A stretch of 64,000 nucleotides of DNA from Candidatus Bathyarchaeota archaeon (GCA_963733095.1 CAVTBV010000013.1:224001-288000), one strand, 5' to 3'; counted from the first letter of the stretch, positions 18,858 to 28,773 are shown. Notes: generated by a model from the letters alone, not told the origin. Translations and numbers: made by a program.

Positions 18858-20045
18858 TTAGGGTGTTGCTGGAGGGCGTGTTCCCAAGACTACGGTTACA
18901 GGAATCTGGTTGTTTCCCCTAACAACAGTCAAAACTAAGCTATCGCCTGGCAATGTGTTTTGTTCTAAGTAGCTTGCTAAGTTTTCGTTGTTTTTGATGG
19001 TTTGCTGGTTTGTTAAGGTTCCCTTTGGTCCTTGGAGTCCCATTGCGATTATGATGTCGCCGACTTGCAGTTTACCTGCTGAGGGTCCGTTGGGAGTTAT
19101 CGAGGATAGTCTCCAGCCGTAAGTGACACTTGCGCCTATATTTTGGGCTGTTGTGTAATCCATGTCTGTTCCTACAACTCCTAGATAGGAGTGTCCTTTG
19201 TAGCAGCCCGTGCTGATTAAGTCTGAGACTTCTCTTAGAATGGTGTCTGAGGGGATGGCAAAGCCTAAGCCTTGAGAGTCAGTAACTATAGCTGTTGTTA
19301 TGCCTACGACGTTTCCAACTGCATTAAGCAGAGGACCGCCTGAGTTTCCGGGGTTTATGGGTGTGCTGGTTTGGATGATGTTGGCAATTGAATATGCTCC
19401 AGCTGTATCCTCAGTTATTGTTCGTCCAGTAGCACTTACAACACCTGTCGTTAATGAACCAACGAGTCCATAGGGGTTTCCTATAGCTATGACTGGTTCA
19501 CCTACACTCAATTGTGATGAGCTCACGATTGTTAAGGGTTTAAACTCTGAAGCAGGCGCATTAGAGGAAACAGATACAACCGCTAAATCAGAGTACGGGT
19601 CGGTTCCAAGCACAGAAGCTGAGTAGCCATTTCCATCAGAAAATGTTACGCTTAAATTGGTTGTGCCATCGACGACATGGAAATTGGTTAACACCACGGT
19701 GCGGTCAGCGAACGTGTAGACAAACCCTGAGCCCTGCACGTTTGAGTCACTGGTGTCTCCCTGAACTAAAACAACTGAAGATTGCACATTGGCATAAATG
19801 TCCTCGAGTGAGGTTCCGTTTTGCAGGATGGTGATGTTTTGGGTAGTTGCGTTTTGGAATCCTCTGAGGTCTGAAACTTGACTTTGCAGGTCAGAAATTT
19901 GGCTATTCAGATTCGTTGTGGACGGATAGGTAACAAGGAAAATCAGCAGTCCCCCAACGAGTAATCCTGAAACGAAAAGCAAAATTAGGATAACTGCCGA
20001 GACTTTATGGGTTGTGCTGGGTGGGTTTGGTGGGGGTGGATACAT
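18858..20045 (-). CDS. Membrane-anchored HtrA/DegP-like trypsin serine protease with PDZ domain
   Basis: N-terminal TM, GSGF, LTNFHVV, DPYSDLAV, AIGNPYG, INPGNSGGPL, C-terminal PDZ. Confidence 0.93.
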   Translation of the reverse strand: MYPPPPNPPSTTHKVSAVILILLFVSGLLVGGLLIFLVTYPSTTNLNSQISDLQSQVSDLRGFQNATTQNITILQNGTSLEDIYANVQSSVVLVQGDTSDSNVQGSGFVYTFADRTVVLTNFHVVDGTTNLSVTFSDGNGYSASVLGTDPYSDLAVVSVSSNAPASEFKPLTIVSSSQLSVGEPVIAIGNPYGLVGSLTTGVVSATGRTITEDTAGAYSIANIIQTSTPINPGNSGGPLLNAVGNVVGITTAIVTDSQGLGFAIPSDTILREVSDLISTGCYKGHSYLGVVGTDMDYTTAQNIGASVTYGWRLSSITPNGPSAGKLQVGDIIIAMGLQGPKGTLTNQQTIKNNENLASYLEQNTLPGDSLVLTVVRGNNQIPVTVVLGTRPPATP

Positions 20046-20095
20046 CAGATTCGCCTTAAAAAAGAAGTGCTGCTTGTGGAAATAAAAGTTTGCTT

Positions 20096-21097
20096 TTAGC
20101 GGCGGTCGATAAGATCCAAGGCTTCAGGCCCTGTTCCGATAAATGTGACGGGTACGCCTGTTCGCGTTTCTACCTCTTGTATGAAGTCTTTGGCGTCCTT
20201 TGATAGGTCCTCGTATTTTCTTGCTCCCTTGCAAGATGGGTAGATTACGTCGAGTTTTGTCATAGCAGACATGGTTGCTCCATTAATCTTGGCTGTTTTT
20301 TTTGCTAAGTCAAAATCAAAGGGTGCACTTCGCCGGTCGCGTCCCGTTCCAGCGGCCACCTCGAACCACCCGCGTTTTAGTGCTTCTTCTTTGGTAATTT
20401 CCCCTGGCAAAGGTCCAGCACCCACCCGAGTCATGAACGACTTGTAAACTATAATTACCTCATCTACACGTGTCGGTCCAACACCTGCTTCTGAGGCAAT
20501 GGCTGATGCACCTGTATCTCTGCTAGTCACATATGGGTAGCCGCCTCCTAAAAATAGTGACAGCATGAAACCTTGAGTGCCTTCAAGCAAAACACTTTTG
20601 CCTGCATCCAAGCCATCATTAATTTCCATTGTTCCGTCTGTAACATAGGGTTTAAGTTCAGGAATGTCCCTTGCAAGTTTGGCGGTGCGCCTAACGCGCT
20701 CTTCAAGAGCTGGCCCAACGCCTCTGCCCGTGGTTCCAATTCCTTTGTTGATTGCGCTTGCCTTGTCTTGTTCTGCGTGTTTCTGTTCAATTATAGATGC
20801 GTTTTGGTCTATTCCCATCCTTTTTTGGTCAACTTGGGTGAGTGCTACTTCGTCGAAGAATGTTTTAACATCGACGTTTGCGCCCGCAGCGATGAGAAGA
20901 CGCGTTTTAGGGTTAATGAAGGCGGCAGGAACCATATGTAAGGCGTATTTTTTGCCTTCAAACCAAACTGTATGAGCGGCGTTCACTGAGCCAGTTCGGA
21001 CACAGAAATCAAGGTTGTCTTTTAGCGCTAAATAAGAAATAATTTTTCCTTTGCCTTCGTCTCCCCAGAAGGCACCAACGATTACTGAGCAAGGCAT
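20096..21097 (-). CDS. purA: Adenylosuccinate synthetase (short archaeal form)
   Basis: GAFWGDEGKGK, NAAHT, IGTTGRGVGP, EGTQG, YPYVTSRD, TKLD, IGTGP. Confidence 0.96.
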   Translation of the reverse strand: MPCSVIVGAFWGDEGKGKIISYLALKDNLDFCVRTGSVNAAHTVWFEGKKYALHMVPAAFINPKTRLLIAAGANVDVKTFFDEVALTQVDQKRMGIDQNASIIEQKHAEQDKASAINKGIGTTGRGVGPALEERVRRTAKLARDIPELKPYVTDGTMEINDGLDAGKSVLLEGTQGFMLSLFLGGGYPYVTSRDTGASAIASEAGVGPTRVDEVIIVYKSFMTRVGAGPLPGEITKEEALKRGWFEVAAGTGRDRRSAPFDFDLAKKTAKINGATMSAMTKLDVIYPSCKGARKYEDLSKDAKDFIQEVETRTGVPVTFIGTGPEALDLIDRR

Positions 21098-21406
21098 AAC
21101 TTTTCACCTCTGCTAAGTCAGTTTAAGACTTATTTAAAGTTGTAGTGAAATTCTGGGATTTATTCTTTGGAGGTTTTTTTGTCTTCGTTTATTAGCTTTG
21201 CTAAAAAGTAAGTGATGTAAGCTGAGAAGCTGTGTATTCCTTTTTTATGGAATAATCATCTTTGACTTTAAGCCATTCGTTAAAAAAGTAGTCGTAAACC
21301 TCGGACTTGTCAGTGATACTTTTATAACCTTTTTTCGGCGTTTGTGTTTCCCTCTCTTCAATCGTAGTAACCGAACGTACATTTATTTAAGGTTTAAGAG
21401 TGTTAG

Positions 21407-21425
21407 CGTTAATTTACCGTTAATT
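21407..21425 (+). promoter_or_regulatory. Direct repeat CGTTAATT x2 (11-bp period), candidate operator
   Basis: Copies at 21407-21414 and 21418-21425, just downstream of TATA-like TTTATTTAAG and upstream of the small RHH-like gene. Confidence 0.4.
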
Positions 21426-21429
21426 ATTT

Positions 21430-21612
21430 ATGCCTGAGTACTGTAAAGTACGGAAGGAGATGGGTCTTTTGCCACGAAAAGGATACAAATGCATAACGGT
21501 TACCGACGAACTTCACGAAGCCATTAAAAAAAGATCAAACGAAACAAACCGGACAATGAAGGAATATATAGAATACTTAGTGGCACACGAAAAAGCTAAC
21601 AAAGGAAAGTAA
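21430..21612 (+). CDS. Small ribbon-helix-helix-like DNA-binding protein
   Basis: PRKGYKCITVTDELHEAIKKRSNETNRTMKEYIEYLV: beta-strand plus two helices; likely TTG start at ~21469 behind AAGGAG. Confidence 0.65.
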   Translation: MPEYCKVRKEMGLLPRKGYKCITVTDELHEAIKKRSNETNRTMKEYIEYLVAHEKANKGK

Positions 21613-21790
21613 CTTTTTGCCATTAAAGGTCTTCAAGACAATCAACGCCTAGCTGAAGTCCAGTTTATTTGCGATTCATGTGGCAAACTGGTAAGGACAA
21701 GTTGGTTCCAAAAAAAGATGACGAACATCAAAAAAGAATAGCTGTTATATATTGGCAATGCAAACAAGCCGACTCGGCAAACAAAAGTAT

Positions 21791-22189
21791 CTACGAAATC
21801 CTCTCTAAGGCTTCAGAATCAATTCTTTCCAGAAGCTTAATGACTTTTTTGCCTTTGACATTTTTTTCTTCTTGAGTTATCGTATTTCTTGATTGACAAA
21901 TATCATCCAGAATTATCCCTGTATCTTCATCCAATATAACTGGGTACACTCTGCAACCAGATGGTCTATCAGCATAAACCCCGCACTGACGATTTTTGAG
22001 GTCGTAAAAGACGCAGTAGCCCTCACGATTTTTAAGCACTGCGTAGCCTTGTTTGTCGAAGTTAACGAATTGGTTTTGGCTGAAACCCTTCTTTTCCAAG
22101 CGTTTAATGTCTTTTTTGGAGAGCAGCATTTCTGTTTCTGTGCAGCAGACTCCGCAGTTTGAGCAGCGCATAAAATTGATGAATGCCAT
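21791..22189 (-). CDS. YkgJ-family cysteine-cluster protein
   Basis: CSNCGVCC, CVFYD...CGVYADRPSGCRVYP. Confidence 0.9.
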   Translation of the reverse strand: MAFINFMRCSNCGVCCTETEMLLSKKDIKRLEKKGFSQNQFVNFDKQGYAVLKNREGYCVFYDLKNRQCGVYADRPSGCRVYPVILDEDTGIILDDICQSRNTITQEEKNVKGKKVIKLLERIDSEALERIS

Positions 22190-22225
22190 GGCGGGTATTT
22201 GTGTTTTTATCCAGTAATTTTGGTT

Positions 22226-22465
22226 TTAGGCGGGATTTTTCATAAAGTTAATGTTAAGCATCTCAGCCCATGCAACGTTTTTGAGCGGTACGCGTGTAGC
22301 TTTACGGTTGTTTGATGGAGAATACTCAATTAGGTTGTTGTTTTTTCCTACGCCTCGATGAATTTTCGTAAGTTGCACATTTACTATAACTGCGCCATCT
22401 TTTAGGTGCAGGTTAACGTTTCTTCCAATGAACGATCTTGCACTGTTAGCGCTGAAGCTTTCCAT
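22226..22465 (-). CDS. Small hypothetical protein, Sm/Hfq-like beta fold
   Basis: FIGRNVNLHLKDGAVIVNV...VPLKNVAWAE resembles an Sm-like barrel. Confidence 0.65.
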   Translation of the reverse strand: MESFSANSARSFIGRNVNLHLKDGAVIVNVQLTKIHRGVGKNNNLIEYSPSNNRKATRVPLKNVAWAEMLNINFMKNPA

Positions 22466-22468
22466 TTT

Positions 22469-22606
22469 TTACCATTCCTCTTCTTGGTTGGCGATTTTGA
22501 TCCAGCATTGTTGACATATGGGTAGGTTTTCGCCTTTTACTTGGATGTAGAGTTTGATGTTTTCGCTTGTGCAGGTGTCTTTCCAAGGATTTTTACAATG
22601 TTCCAT
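22469..22606 (-). CDS. Small Cys4 zinc-finger protein (45 aa), missed by the ORF track
   Basis: MEHCKNPWKDTCTSENIKLYIQVKGENLPICQQCWIKIANQEEEW*; GAGG upstream; the stop lies 3 nt before the next ATG (22465). Confidence 0.75.
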   Translation of the reverse strand: MEHCKNPWKDTCTSENIKLYIQVKGENLPICQQCWIKIANQEEEW

Positions 22607-22730
22607 TCTTTTTGCCTCATGCTCTCTGTTGGTGTTCTTTGCTTTTAAAGCGGTCGAAGAAACATAAGTTTGGTTCTGGAGAGGGGTGAGTGAAAGTGAA
22701 GCTTTATAGTCTTATTCTTGAATTATAGCA

Positions 22731-23192
22731 ATGGCGTCAATGAGTCTCTTAAACAACCCTGTTGCACTTACAATCACAGTCAGTTTAGTGATTCAAATAA
22801 TTGTCTTATTTTTGCTCGTTTACGGTTACTATTTGATGAAAAAACTAAAGTTTAGAAACCACGGAATAACGATGGCTACAGCCGTTATTCTACATCTCTC
22901 CATGGTTCTTTATGTGATGATTCCTTCTTTTGTACTGGCAGTTGTTCCTGAATATATTGTTTCAGCTCCTTTGGCATTGCCTTCTGTTGTAGGACTAATT
23001 CACGGAATCCTTGGAAGCGTAGCATTATCAATTGGTGTTTGGATAGTTGCTTCTTGGCGATTCCAAAAGAACCTTAAAGGATGCTTTAACAGGAAAAAAA
23101 ACATGCTAATAACCCTCATTGTTTGGGGCTTTTCTTTAGTCTTCGGAATCATTCTTTATGCAATATTTATCGGACCTCTTTTGAAGAGTTAA
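22731..23192 (+). CDS. Four-TM membrane protein (DUF420-like)
   Basis: Four hydrophobic helices with His residues (HGITMATAVILH, IHGILG). Confidence 0.75.
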   Translation: MASMSLLNNPVALTITVSLVIQIIVLFLLVYGYYLMKKLKFRNHGITMATAVILHLSMVLYVMIPSFVLAVVPEYIVSAPLALPSVVGLIHGILGSVALSIGVWIVASWRFQKNLKGCFNRKKNMLITLIVWGFSLVFGIILYAIFIGPLLKS

Positions 23193-23731
23193 AAGTCGAT
23201 TATTTCCGGAGCTATGATTTCCCTGCTGATTTTTAGCAATCCCACTGAAGGCTTATTCATAGGGGACGACGGGTCTGTTGCGCTCCCCGGATTAATGTAA
23301 AGGATTCTTCCTTCCCACTTAATGTCCGGAACATGTGTATGCCCATAAACAAAAACGTCAAACCCATTCTTCTCTGCAACCTCATTAGGCTTATTTAATC
23401 CTAAGAAAAAGCTCGGGTCATGCGTAACGCCAATTTTCCAATTGAAAACTTTTAGTGAGTTAATTTTGGGAAGCGCATTAGCAGCTTCTAAACTATCCAT
23501 ATTGCCATGAACCGCTAGAACTGGCGCAATCTGCTCCAACTCATCCACCACTGATAGATCCACCAAGTCGCCTGCGTGTATGATGTATTCTACTTTTTCA
23601 AAGATTTCGAAAACTTTTTTAGGAATACATTGGGCTCTTTTTGGGATGTGCGTGTCAGAGATTAGGCCGACGGTTTTGGTGACCACAAAGTTTGGGGGGT
23701 CTTTATTTATTAGTGCTTGTCCACTGAACAT
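23189..23731 (-). CDS. Metallophosphoesterase, YfcE/MJ0936 family
   Basis: LISDTH, IHAGD, VHGNMD, THD, GHTH, INPGS. Confidence 0.92.
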   Translation of the reverse strand: MFSGQALINKDPPNFVVTKTVGLISDTHIPKRAQCIPKKVFEIFEKVEYIIHAGDLVDLSVVDELEQIAPVLAVHGNMDSLEAANALPKINSLKVFNWKIGVTHDPSFFLGLNKPNEVAEKNGFDVFVYGHTHVPDIKWEGRILYINPGSATDPSSPMNKPSVGLLKISREIIAPEIIDF

Positions 23732-23824
23732 TTTTTAGGTTGCCTCTTAAGCAGGCGGATCTTAGGAATACTATGATGTTTAGCAATAAAAATTAGACTG
23801 TTTAAAAAGAAAAAATGTGGGCGG

Positions 23825-25183
23825 TTAAGTCATGAATCTCTTTACTGCCTCGTAGAAGATGCTTGTTCCAAAAACAAGGTTCTCCACAGTTATGCGTTCA
23901 TCAATGCCATGCATACGTTTTTCCAGAAGGTCATTGGGTTCGTCGGGGCGCATCGGGTGAAAACCGTAGCATACACTGCCCGTTTCTCTAAAAAAGCGTG
24001 AATCAGTTCCGCCTGTCGTTAATGTTGGTGTTATACCGCAGTTGGGCTCGAACTCTCTTAAAACATCTGTGATTGCGTTATAGAGTGGGGTTTGAGTAGT
24101 TGACTCGTTACCGTTATGCATTTGGATGATTTCAAAGCTCAACTTGTCGGTACCTACATCTTGCAGCAAACCCTTGATTAGATTGAGCGTTGCTTCGACG
24201 CTTTGTCCGGGCAAAACACGGCAGTCGAAAACGGCTTCACACTCCGAAGGTATGATGTTTTCTTTTACTCCTCCGTGAATTATGGTTGGGGTGATGGTTG
24301 CTTTGGTTCGGGGTCTGATTTCTTCGGCTAATGCCTTGTCTATTTTGGCTAGTTCGTCGAGGATCTGTTCGCTCTGTTTAGGGTTCGCGAGTAGGCATGA
24401 AAACTGCGGTTCAAGGTCAGGGTTGATTTTAGCTATCTCGGTTAAGTACCGTTTAAGAGTTGGTACATAGACCGTTTCTGGCTGGTATTCTTCCAGTTTA
24501 GTTATGACTTTGTTCATGCGTAAAATGGCGTTGTCAGCCATGTTTGGGGTGGAGCCGTGTCCCGGGCTTCCTTTGGCTTTTATTTTGAACCACAGGATGC
24601 CTTTTTCTGCAGTTTGTATGGGGTAGATATTGCCTTTTTTCTGTGGAATCGCTAATCCTCCGCCCTCATTTAAGACGTAGGGACACCAAACCTTCTCTTT
24701 ATAGTTCCTCAATAGGTAGCCTGCGCCTTCTTCGCCGCCTTTTTCCTCATCAGCGGTGGCCGCTAGAACGATGTCGCCTTTAAGTGGGACGTTGTTTCTT
24801 TTGAGGAGCAAGAGAGTTAGAACTTCGACGGCGGTCATGCCTTTCATGTCGTAGGCGCCTCTGCCGTAGACATAGCCGTCTTTTACTGTGCCAGCAAATG
24901 GGTCAATGCTCCATTCAGATGGGTTTGCAGCTACAACATCGATGTGGGAGAGTAAGAGTACGTTGGGTTTTTCTCCTGAGCCCTTGAGCCGAGTGATTAT
25001 GCTGCCCCTGCCGGGAGCTGATTCTATAACTTCTGTTTTAAACCCTTCCTTTGCTAGGTAATTGGCGATAAAGTTGGCTGCTGCCGTCTCGTTACCTGGG
25101 GGATTGGTTGTGTTTATTCGTATTAAATCGCTAAGGAAACGTGTAATTTCCTCTTCAATCTCTTTTAGCATTTGGATCGGCAT
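23825..25183 (-). CDS. M20/M25/M40 family metallopeptidase (ArgE/DapE-like)
   Basis: NPPGNE, LSHIDVV, GRGAYDMKG, ADEEKGG, GHGS, GGTDSR, HGIDER. Confidence 0.93.
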   Translation of the reverse strand: MPIQMLKEIEEEITRFLSDLIRINTTNPPGNETAAANFIANYLAKEGFKTEVIESAPGRGSIITRLKGSGEKPNVLLLSHIDVVAANPSEWSIDPFAGTVKDGYVYGRGAYDMKGMTAVEVLTLLLLKRNNVPLKGDIVLAATADEEKGGEEGAGYLLRNYKEKVWCPYVLNEGGGLAIPQKKGNIYPIQTAEKGILWFKIKAKGSPGHGSTPNMADNAILRMNKVITKLEEYQPETVYVPTLKRYLTEIAKINPDLEPQFSCLLANPKQSEQILDELAKIDKALAEEIRPRTKATITPTIIHGGVKENIIPSECEAVFDCRVLPGQSVEATLNLIKGLLQDVGTDKLSFEIIQMHNGNESTTQTPLYNAITDVLREFEPNCGITPTLTTGGTDSRFFRETGSVCYGFHPMRPDEPNDLLEKRMHGIDERITVENLVFGTSIFYEAVKRFMT

Positions 25184-25335
25184 TTTTTGGAGGCTCCTGC
25201 ATGCTTAGGGGTGTTTTTTCTCTTAAGAGTATCTGTTGCTGTGTCCCTGTTGTGGTGGGAGGGTTTTATGGTTATTCAACAATGATGTTTATATATGATG
25301 TCAAAAAATGCTATGGATAGCAAAAATCGTTTAAG

Positions 25336-25857
25336 TTGATCGTAATGAAAGAGCTAAAACCAATAGACTACAAAATTCTCTTTGAGCTTATGAAGGACTC
25401 ACATCGAAGCGACAGACAACTTGCAAAAGCCTTAGGCGTCTCACAGCCAACAGTAACCCGCAGACGAGCTATGCTGGAAGAAAACTATATCGAAGGGTAC
25501 ACTGTAATTCCTAAATTTGGCCAAATCGGGTTTGAGATTGCAGCTATAACCTTTTTGAAGAGCAAACTAAAGTATGCAACAGGCCACGAGAAAACTCAGG
25601 CATTACAGAAAATGAAGGAATGGTATATGAAGCAAACCAACGTGATTCTAGCTTTAGATGGTAGAGGTATGGGTTGGGATACAGTTTGCATTTCGCTTCA
25701 TGAAAACTTTGAGAACTTCGCCGGGTTTATTCGGGCTCTTGATTCAGAAATGTCCGATTGGGTGGTTGAAAGCCAAACTTTCAACGCTGACTTGAAGGGC
25801 GGCATCGTCATTAAGCCATTCCACCTCAAGTACCTTGCCTCTGCAAAACAGCAGTAG
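25336..25857 (+). CDS. Lrp/AsnC family transcriptional regulator
   Basis: DYKILFELMKDSHRSDRQLAKALGVSQPTVTRRR...IEGYT. Confidence 0.88.
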   Translation: MIVMKELKPIDYKILFELMKDSHRSDRQLAKALGVSQPTVTRRRAMLEENYIEGYTVIPKFGQIGFEIAAITFLKSKLKYATGHEKTQALQKMKEWYMKQTNVILALDGRGMGWDTVCISLHENFENFAGFIRALDSEMSDWVVESQTFNADLKGGIVIKPFHLKYLASAKQQ

Positions 25858-26248
25858 ATAACCCAAAAAATTTTATTTTTTTTTACATCCTAATCTTTTT
25901 TGAAAGAAATTCTTACAGCTGTATCTTCGTAAAATTGATGTGTGAAAGGTTAAAGGCACCTTATTTTCGGCTAATCTTCTTTAGCAATTTTTTTGGGCGC
26001 TTTAGCTTTTTTTGTCCTAGTTGCGTTAGCAGTCAAACAATTCAACATGACGTCACTAAGGATATGTGGTCCAGACATATGGTGCTGGGGGTTTCTTGAA
26101 AAAAGTTTCATTCTAATGGGTACTTGACAAAGGTTAGTCGCCCATTTCATTGTTTTCAAAGGTTCAAAGCCAAAACCCAAAGGTAAAAACATATATCTGA
26201 TAACTTTCCCTTCTTACTTTTCACGTTTAACCCCGAACAGGCGAAAAC

Positions 26249-27160
26249 ATGGCTTTATCGGACAAAATCCTAAAACTCAAGAAAGAAAAAAAAGCCGTCA
26301 TACTGGCACATAACTATCAGCGACCAGAAATCCAAGACATAGCCGACTACGTCGGCGACAGCATAGAGCTTAGTCGAAAAGCAGTTGAGGAAAAAGAAGC
26401 TGAAATAATCGTTTTTTCGGCGGTGGATTTTATGGCAGAATCCGCGTCGATTTTGAACCCCAACAAAAAGGTGCTTTTGCCCTGTTTAGGTGCGCGTTGC
26501 CCGATGGCGCAGATGCTAACAGTTGACGAGATTAAACGCGCAAAAAAGCAGTACCCCGGTGCACCTGTGGTCCTCTATGTTAATACTTTGGCTTCCTGCA
26601 AAGCTGAATGCGATGTTTGCTGCACAAGCGCCAACGCCGTGGAAGTTATAAAATCACTCGACGCTGACACTATCCTGTTTGGTCCCGACAAAAATCTGGC
26701 AGAATACGTCAGCGAAAAAACAGGCAAAAAACTAATCTCGATTCCCTCAAACGGTTTCTGCCCAACCCACCTATTATTCCAGCCAGAAGACATCAAAGTC
26801 CTAAAGATGCAGAATCCAAATGCCTTAGCTATGGCTCATCCTGAATGCAGCTCCGAAATGCGCAAAGCCGCAGACTTCATCGGCAGCACCTCAAAAATGT
26901 GCCGCTTCGCCAAAGAATCCTCGGCCAAAGACTTCATCGTTGGGACCGAAGAAGGTATTCTGCATCGCTTGCGCAAAGAGAACCCGGAGAAAAACTTTTA
27001 CCTCGCCTACGAAGGCGCAATATGTCCAAACATGAAGCTAACAACGCTTGACAGACTCTATACTGCGCTAAAAGAAGAAAAGAACGTGGTTCAGGTTCCG
27101 GAAGCGGTCGCCAAAAGAGCCCGTGCTTCGTTGGAACGTATGTTTGAAGTGAAGAGTTAA
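26249..27160 (+). CDS. nadA: Quinolinate synthase
   Basis: ILAHNYQRPEIQDIAD, FMAE, CPMA, YVNT, CTSANA, CPTH, AHPEC, GSTS, CPNMK. Confidence 0.96.
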   Translation: MALSDKILKLKKEKKAVILAHNYQRPEIQDIADYVGDSIELSRKAVEEKEAEIIVFSAVDFMAESASILNPNKKVLLPCLGARCPMAQMLTVDEIKRAKKQYPGAPVVLYVNTLASCKAECDVCCTSANAVEVIKSLDADTILFGPDKNLAEYVSEKTGKKLISIPSNGFCPTHLLFQPEDIKVLKMQNPNALAMAHPECSSEMRKAADFIGSTSKMCRFAKESSAKDFIVGTEEGILHRLRKENPEKNFYLAYEGAICPNMKLTTLDRLYTALKEEKNVVQVPEAVAKRARASLERMFEVKS

Positions 27161-27564
27161 ACTGAGACTATCATTGACTTGAGGATTTTTACGCCTCTTC
27201 TTGTGGCTAAATGGTCGCTTAGGTGCCTGATTTCTGATCCCTTACCTTTTACTGCTATGACTTCGAGACAGTCGTGTTCACCTAGGTGTATGTGCATGGT
27301 TGAGGAAATGAGTTCGGTATGGTGGTGTTGTTCTTCTGTTAAGTCACTTTCTAAGCCTTTTGTATCGTGGTTATAAACCATCAGTAGGACGCCTGTTTGT
27401 TGGGCGTCTGCTTCTTTGACCCATTTGCGTTCGGAAACGTAGAGTCTTACCGCGTCTTGTATTGCTTTGCTGCGGCTTTCGTAGCCCATTTTGGCGGTGA
27501 TTTCGTCGAAGTCTTTGAGGAGTTCGGGTGGGAAGGTTACGCCTATTCGTGTTACCTTTGACAT
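27157..27564 (-). CDS. nikR: Nickel-responsive transcriptional regulator
   Basis: RHH N-terminus (RIGVTFPPELL...SRSKAIQDA), YNH, QHHH, HIHL..HDCLE. Confidence 0.93.
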   Translation of the reverse strand: MSKVTRIGVTFPPELLKDFDEITAKMGYESRSKAIQDAVRLYVSERKWVKEADAQQTGVLLMVYNHDTKGLESDLTEEQHHHTELISSTMHIHLGEHDCLEVIAVKGKGSEIRHLSDHLATRRGVKILKSMIVSV

Positions 27565-27617
27565 TGGTTATCCCATGTAGAATGCGTTTGTTGTGCCTAA
27601 AAGCTTTTATATGCACG

Positions 27618-27645
27618 GTAACACGTTTTTGTTGAAAGGTGTTAC
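27618..27645. promoter_or_regulatory. Putative NikR operator GTAACAC-N14-GTGTTAC
   Basis: Perfect 7-bp inverted repeat spanning 28 bp, between the TATA box TTTTATAT (27605-27612) and the NiCoT GTG start; same 6-16-6 geometry as the E. coli NikR operator. Confidence 0.75.
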
Positions 27646-27649
27646 TGGC

Positions 27650-28720
27650 GTGGGCAACCAATCAATAATAACGCTTTCACGTAGCGAAAAAATCAGAATC
27701 GCCATAATCTTCTCCGTACTCCTAACCATAACCGTCATCGGTTTCTCAGCAGCCTTCGTCATCGGACAAATCGCGGTGGTCTTAGGCGGCTTAGGTATAG
27801 TAGCCTACGTTTTCGGTCTACGCCATGGCGTCGATGCTGACCACATAGCCGCCATCGACAACACAACCCGCAAACTCATGCAGGAAGGAAAACGCCCCTA
27901 CACCGTTGGCATGTGGTTCTCGCTGGGACACTCAACCGTAGTTGTCGCCCTAATCATTGCACTTATATTCGCCACAAGAGCCGTCGCGGCTGATATTCCT
28001 GTCCTGCAAAGCACAGGCACAATCGTCGGCACACTGGTTTCGGGAAGCTTCCTCTGGATTATCGGCTTCATCAACGCAGTCATCGTAATCGGCATCTACA
28101 AAATCTTCCAAACCCTAAAACAGGGCAAACTCAACCAAGAAGAACTAGACAAACTCCTCGAAAACCGCGGCTTCATGAACCGCTTCTTCCGACCCCTCTT
28201 CCGAGTCATAAACAAACCCTGGCACATCTACCCAGTCGGCGTGCTCTTTGGTTTAGGATTCGACACCGCAAGCGAAGTTGCCCTCATAGCCATAAGCGTA
28301 GGCATCGGTGTCTCCACAAGCATCCCACTTTACTACATCCTTGTTCTTCCATTGCTATTCACCTGTGGCATGGTCACAGTCGACACCGCCGATGGTGTAG
28401 CAATGCGACTGGCATACGGCTGGGCTTTCCTCAACCCCGTTAGAAAAATCTACTACAACCTAACCGTCACAGTCATATCCGTACTGGTTGCCTGGGCAAT
28501 AGGCACCATAGAACTCCTGCAAGTGCTCTCCACAGAACTCAACCTCAGCGGATTATTCTGGAGCTGGCTAAATGCCATAAACTTTGAAATGATAGGCTTT
28601 GGAATAATCGGTGTATTCATCGCATCCTGGATAGCTTCCTTTGGCTACTGGCGATACAAAAAATACGACAAGCTCGAACAATTCAAACAGAACCTCCGAG
28701 CTCCGATAAACACCAACTAA
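27650..28720 (+). CDS. HoxN/HupN/NixA (NiCoT) high-affinity nickel/cobalt transporter
   Basis: GLRHGVDADHIAAID, FSLGHSTVV, LFGLGFDTASE, YYNLTVT; track start 27593 lies upstream of the TATA box. Confidence 0.95.
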   Translation: MGNQSIITLSRSEKIRIAIIFSVLLTITVIGFSAAFVIGQIAVVLGGLGIVAYVFGLRHGVDADHIAAIDNTTRKLMQEGKRPYTVGMWFSLGHSTVVVALIIALIFATRAVAADIPVLQSTGTIVGTLVSGSFLWIIGFINAVIVIGIYKIFQTLKQGKLNQEELDKLLENRGFMNRFFRPLFRVINKPWHIYPVGVLFGLGFDTASEVALIAISVGIGVSTSIPLYYILVLPLLFTCGMVTVDTADGVAMRLAYGWAFLNPVRKIYYNLTVTVISVLVAWAIGTIELLQVLSTELNLSGLFWSWLNAINFEMIGFGIIGVFIASWIASFGYWRYKKYDKLEQFKQNLRAPINTN

Positions 28721-28773
28721 ACCTCGCGGTCGCTTTGAAAAGTTTTTATCACTGAATTAATCATCTAACGCTG

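Noticed and set aside
25971-26192. 73-aa minus-strand ORF between lrp and nadA
   Set aside because: Starts within the nadA promoter, no SD or motif; unsupported
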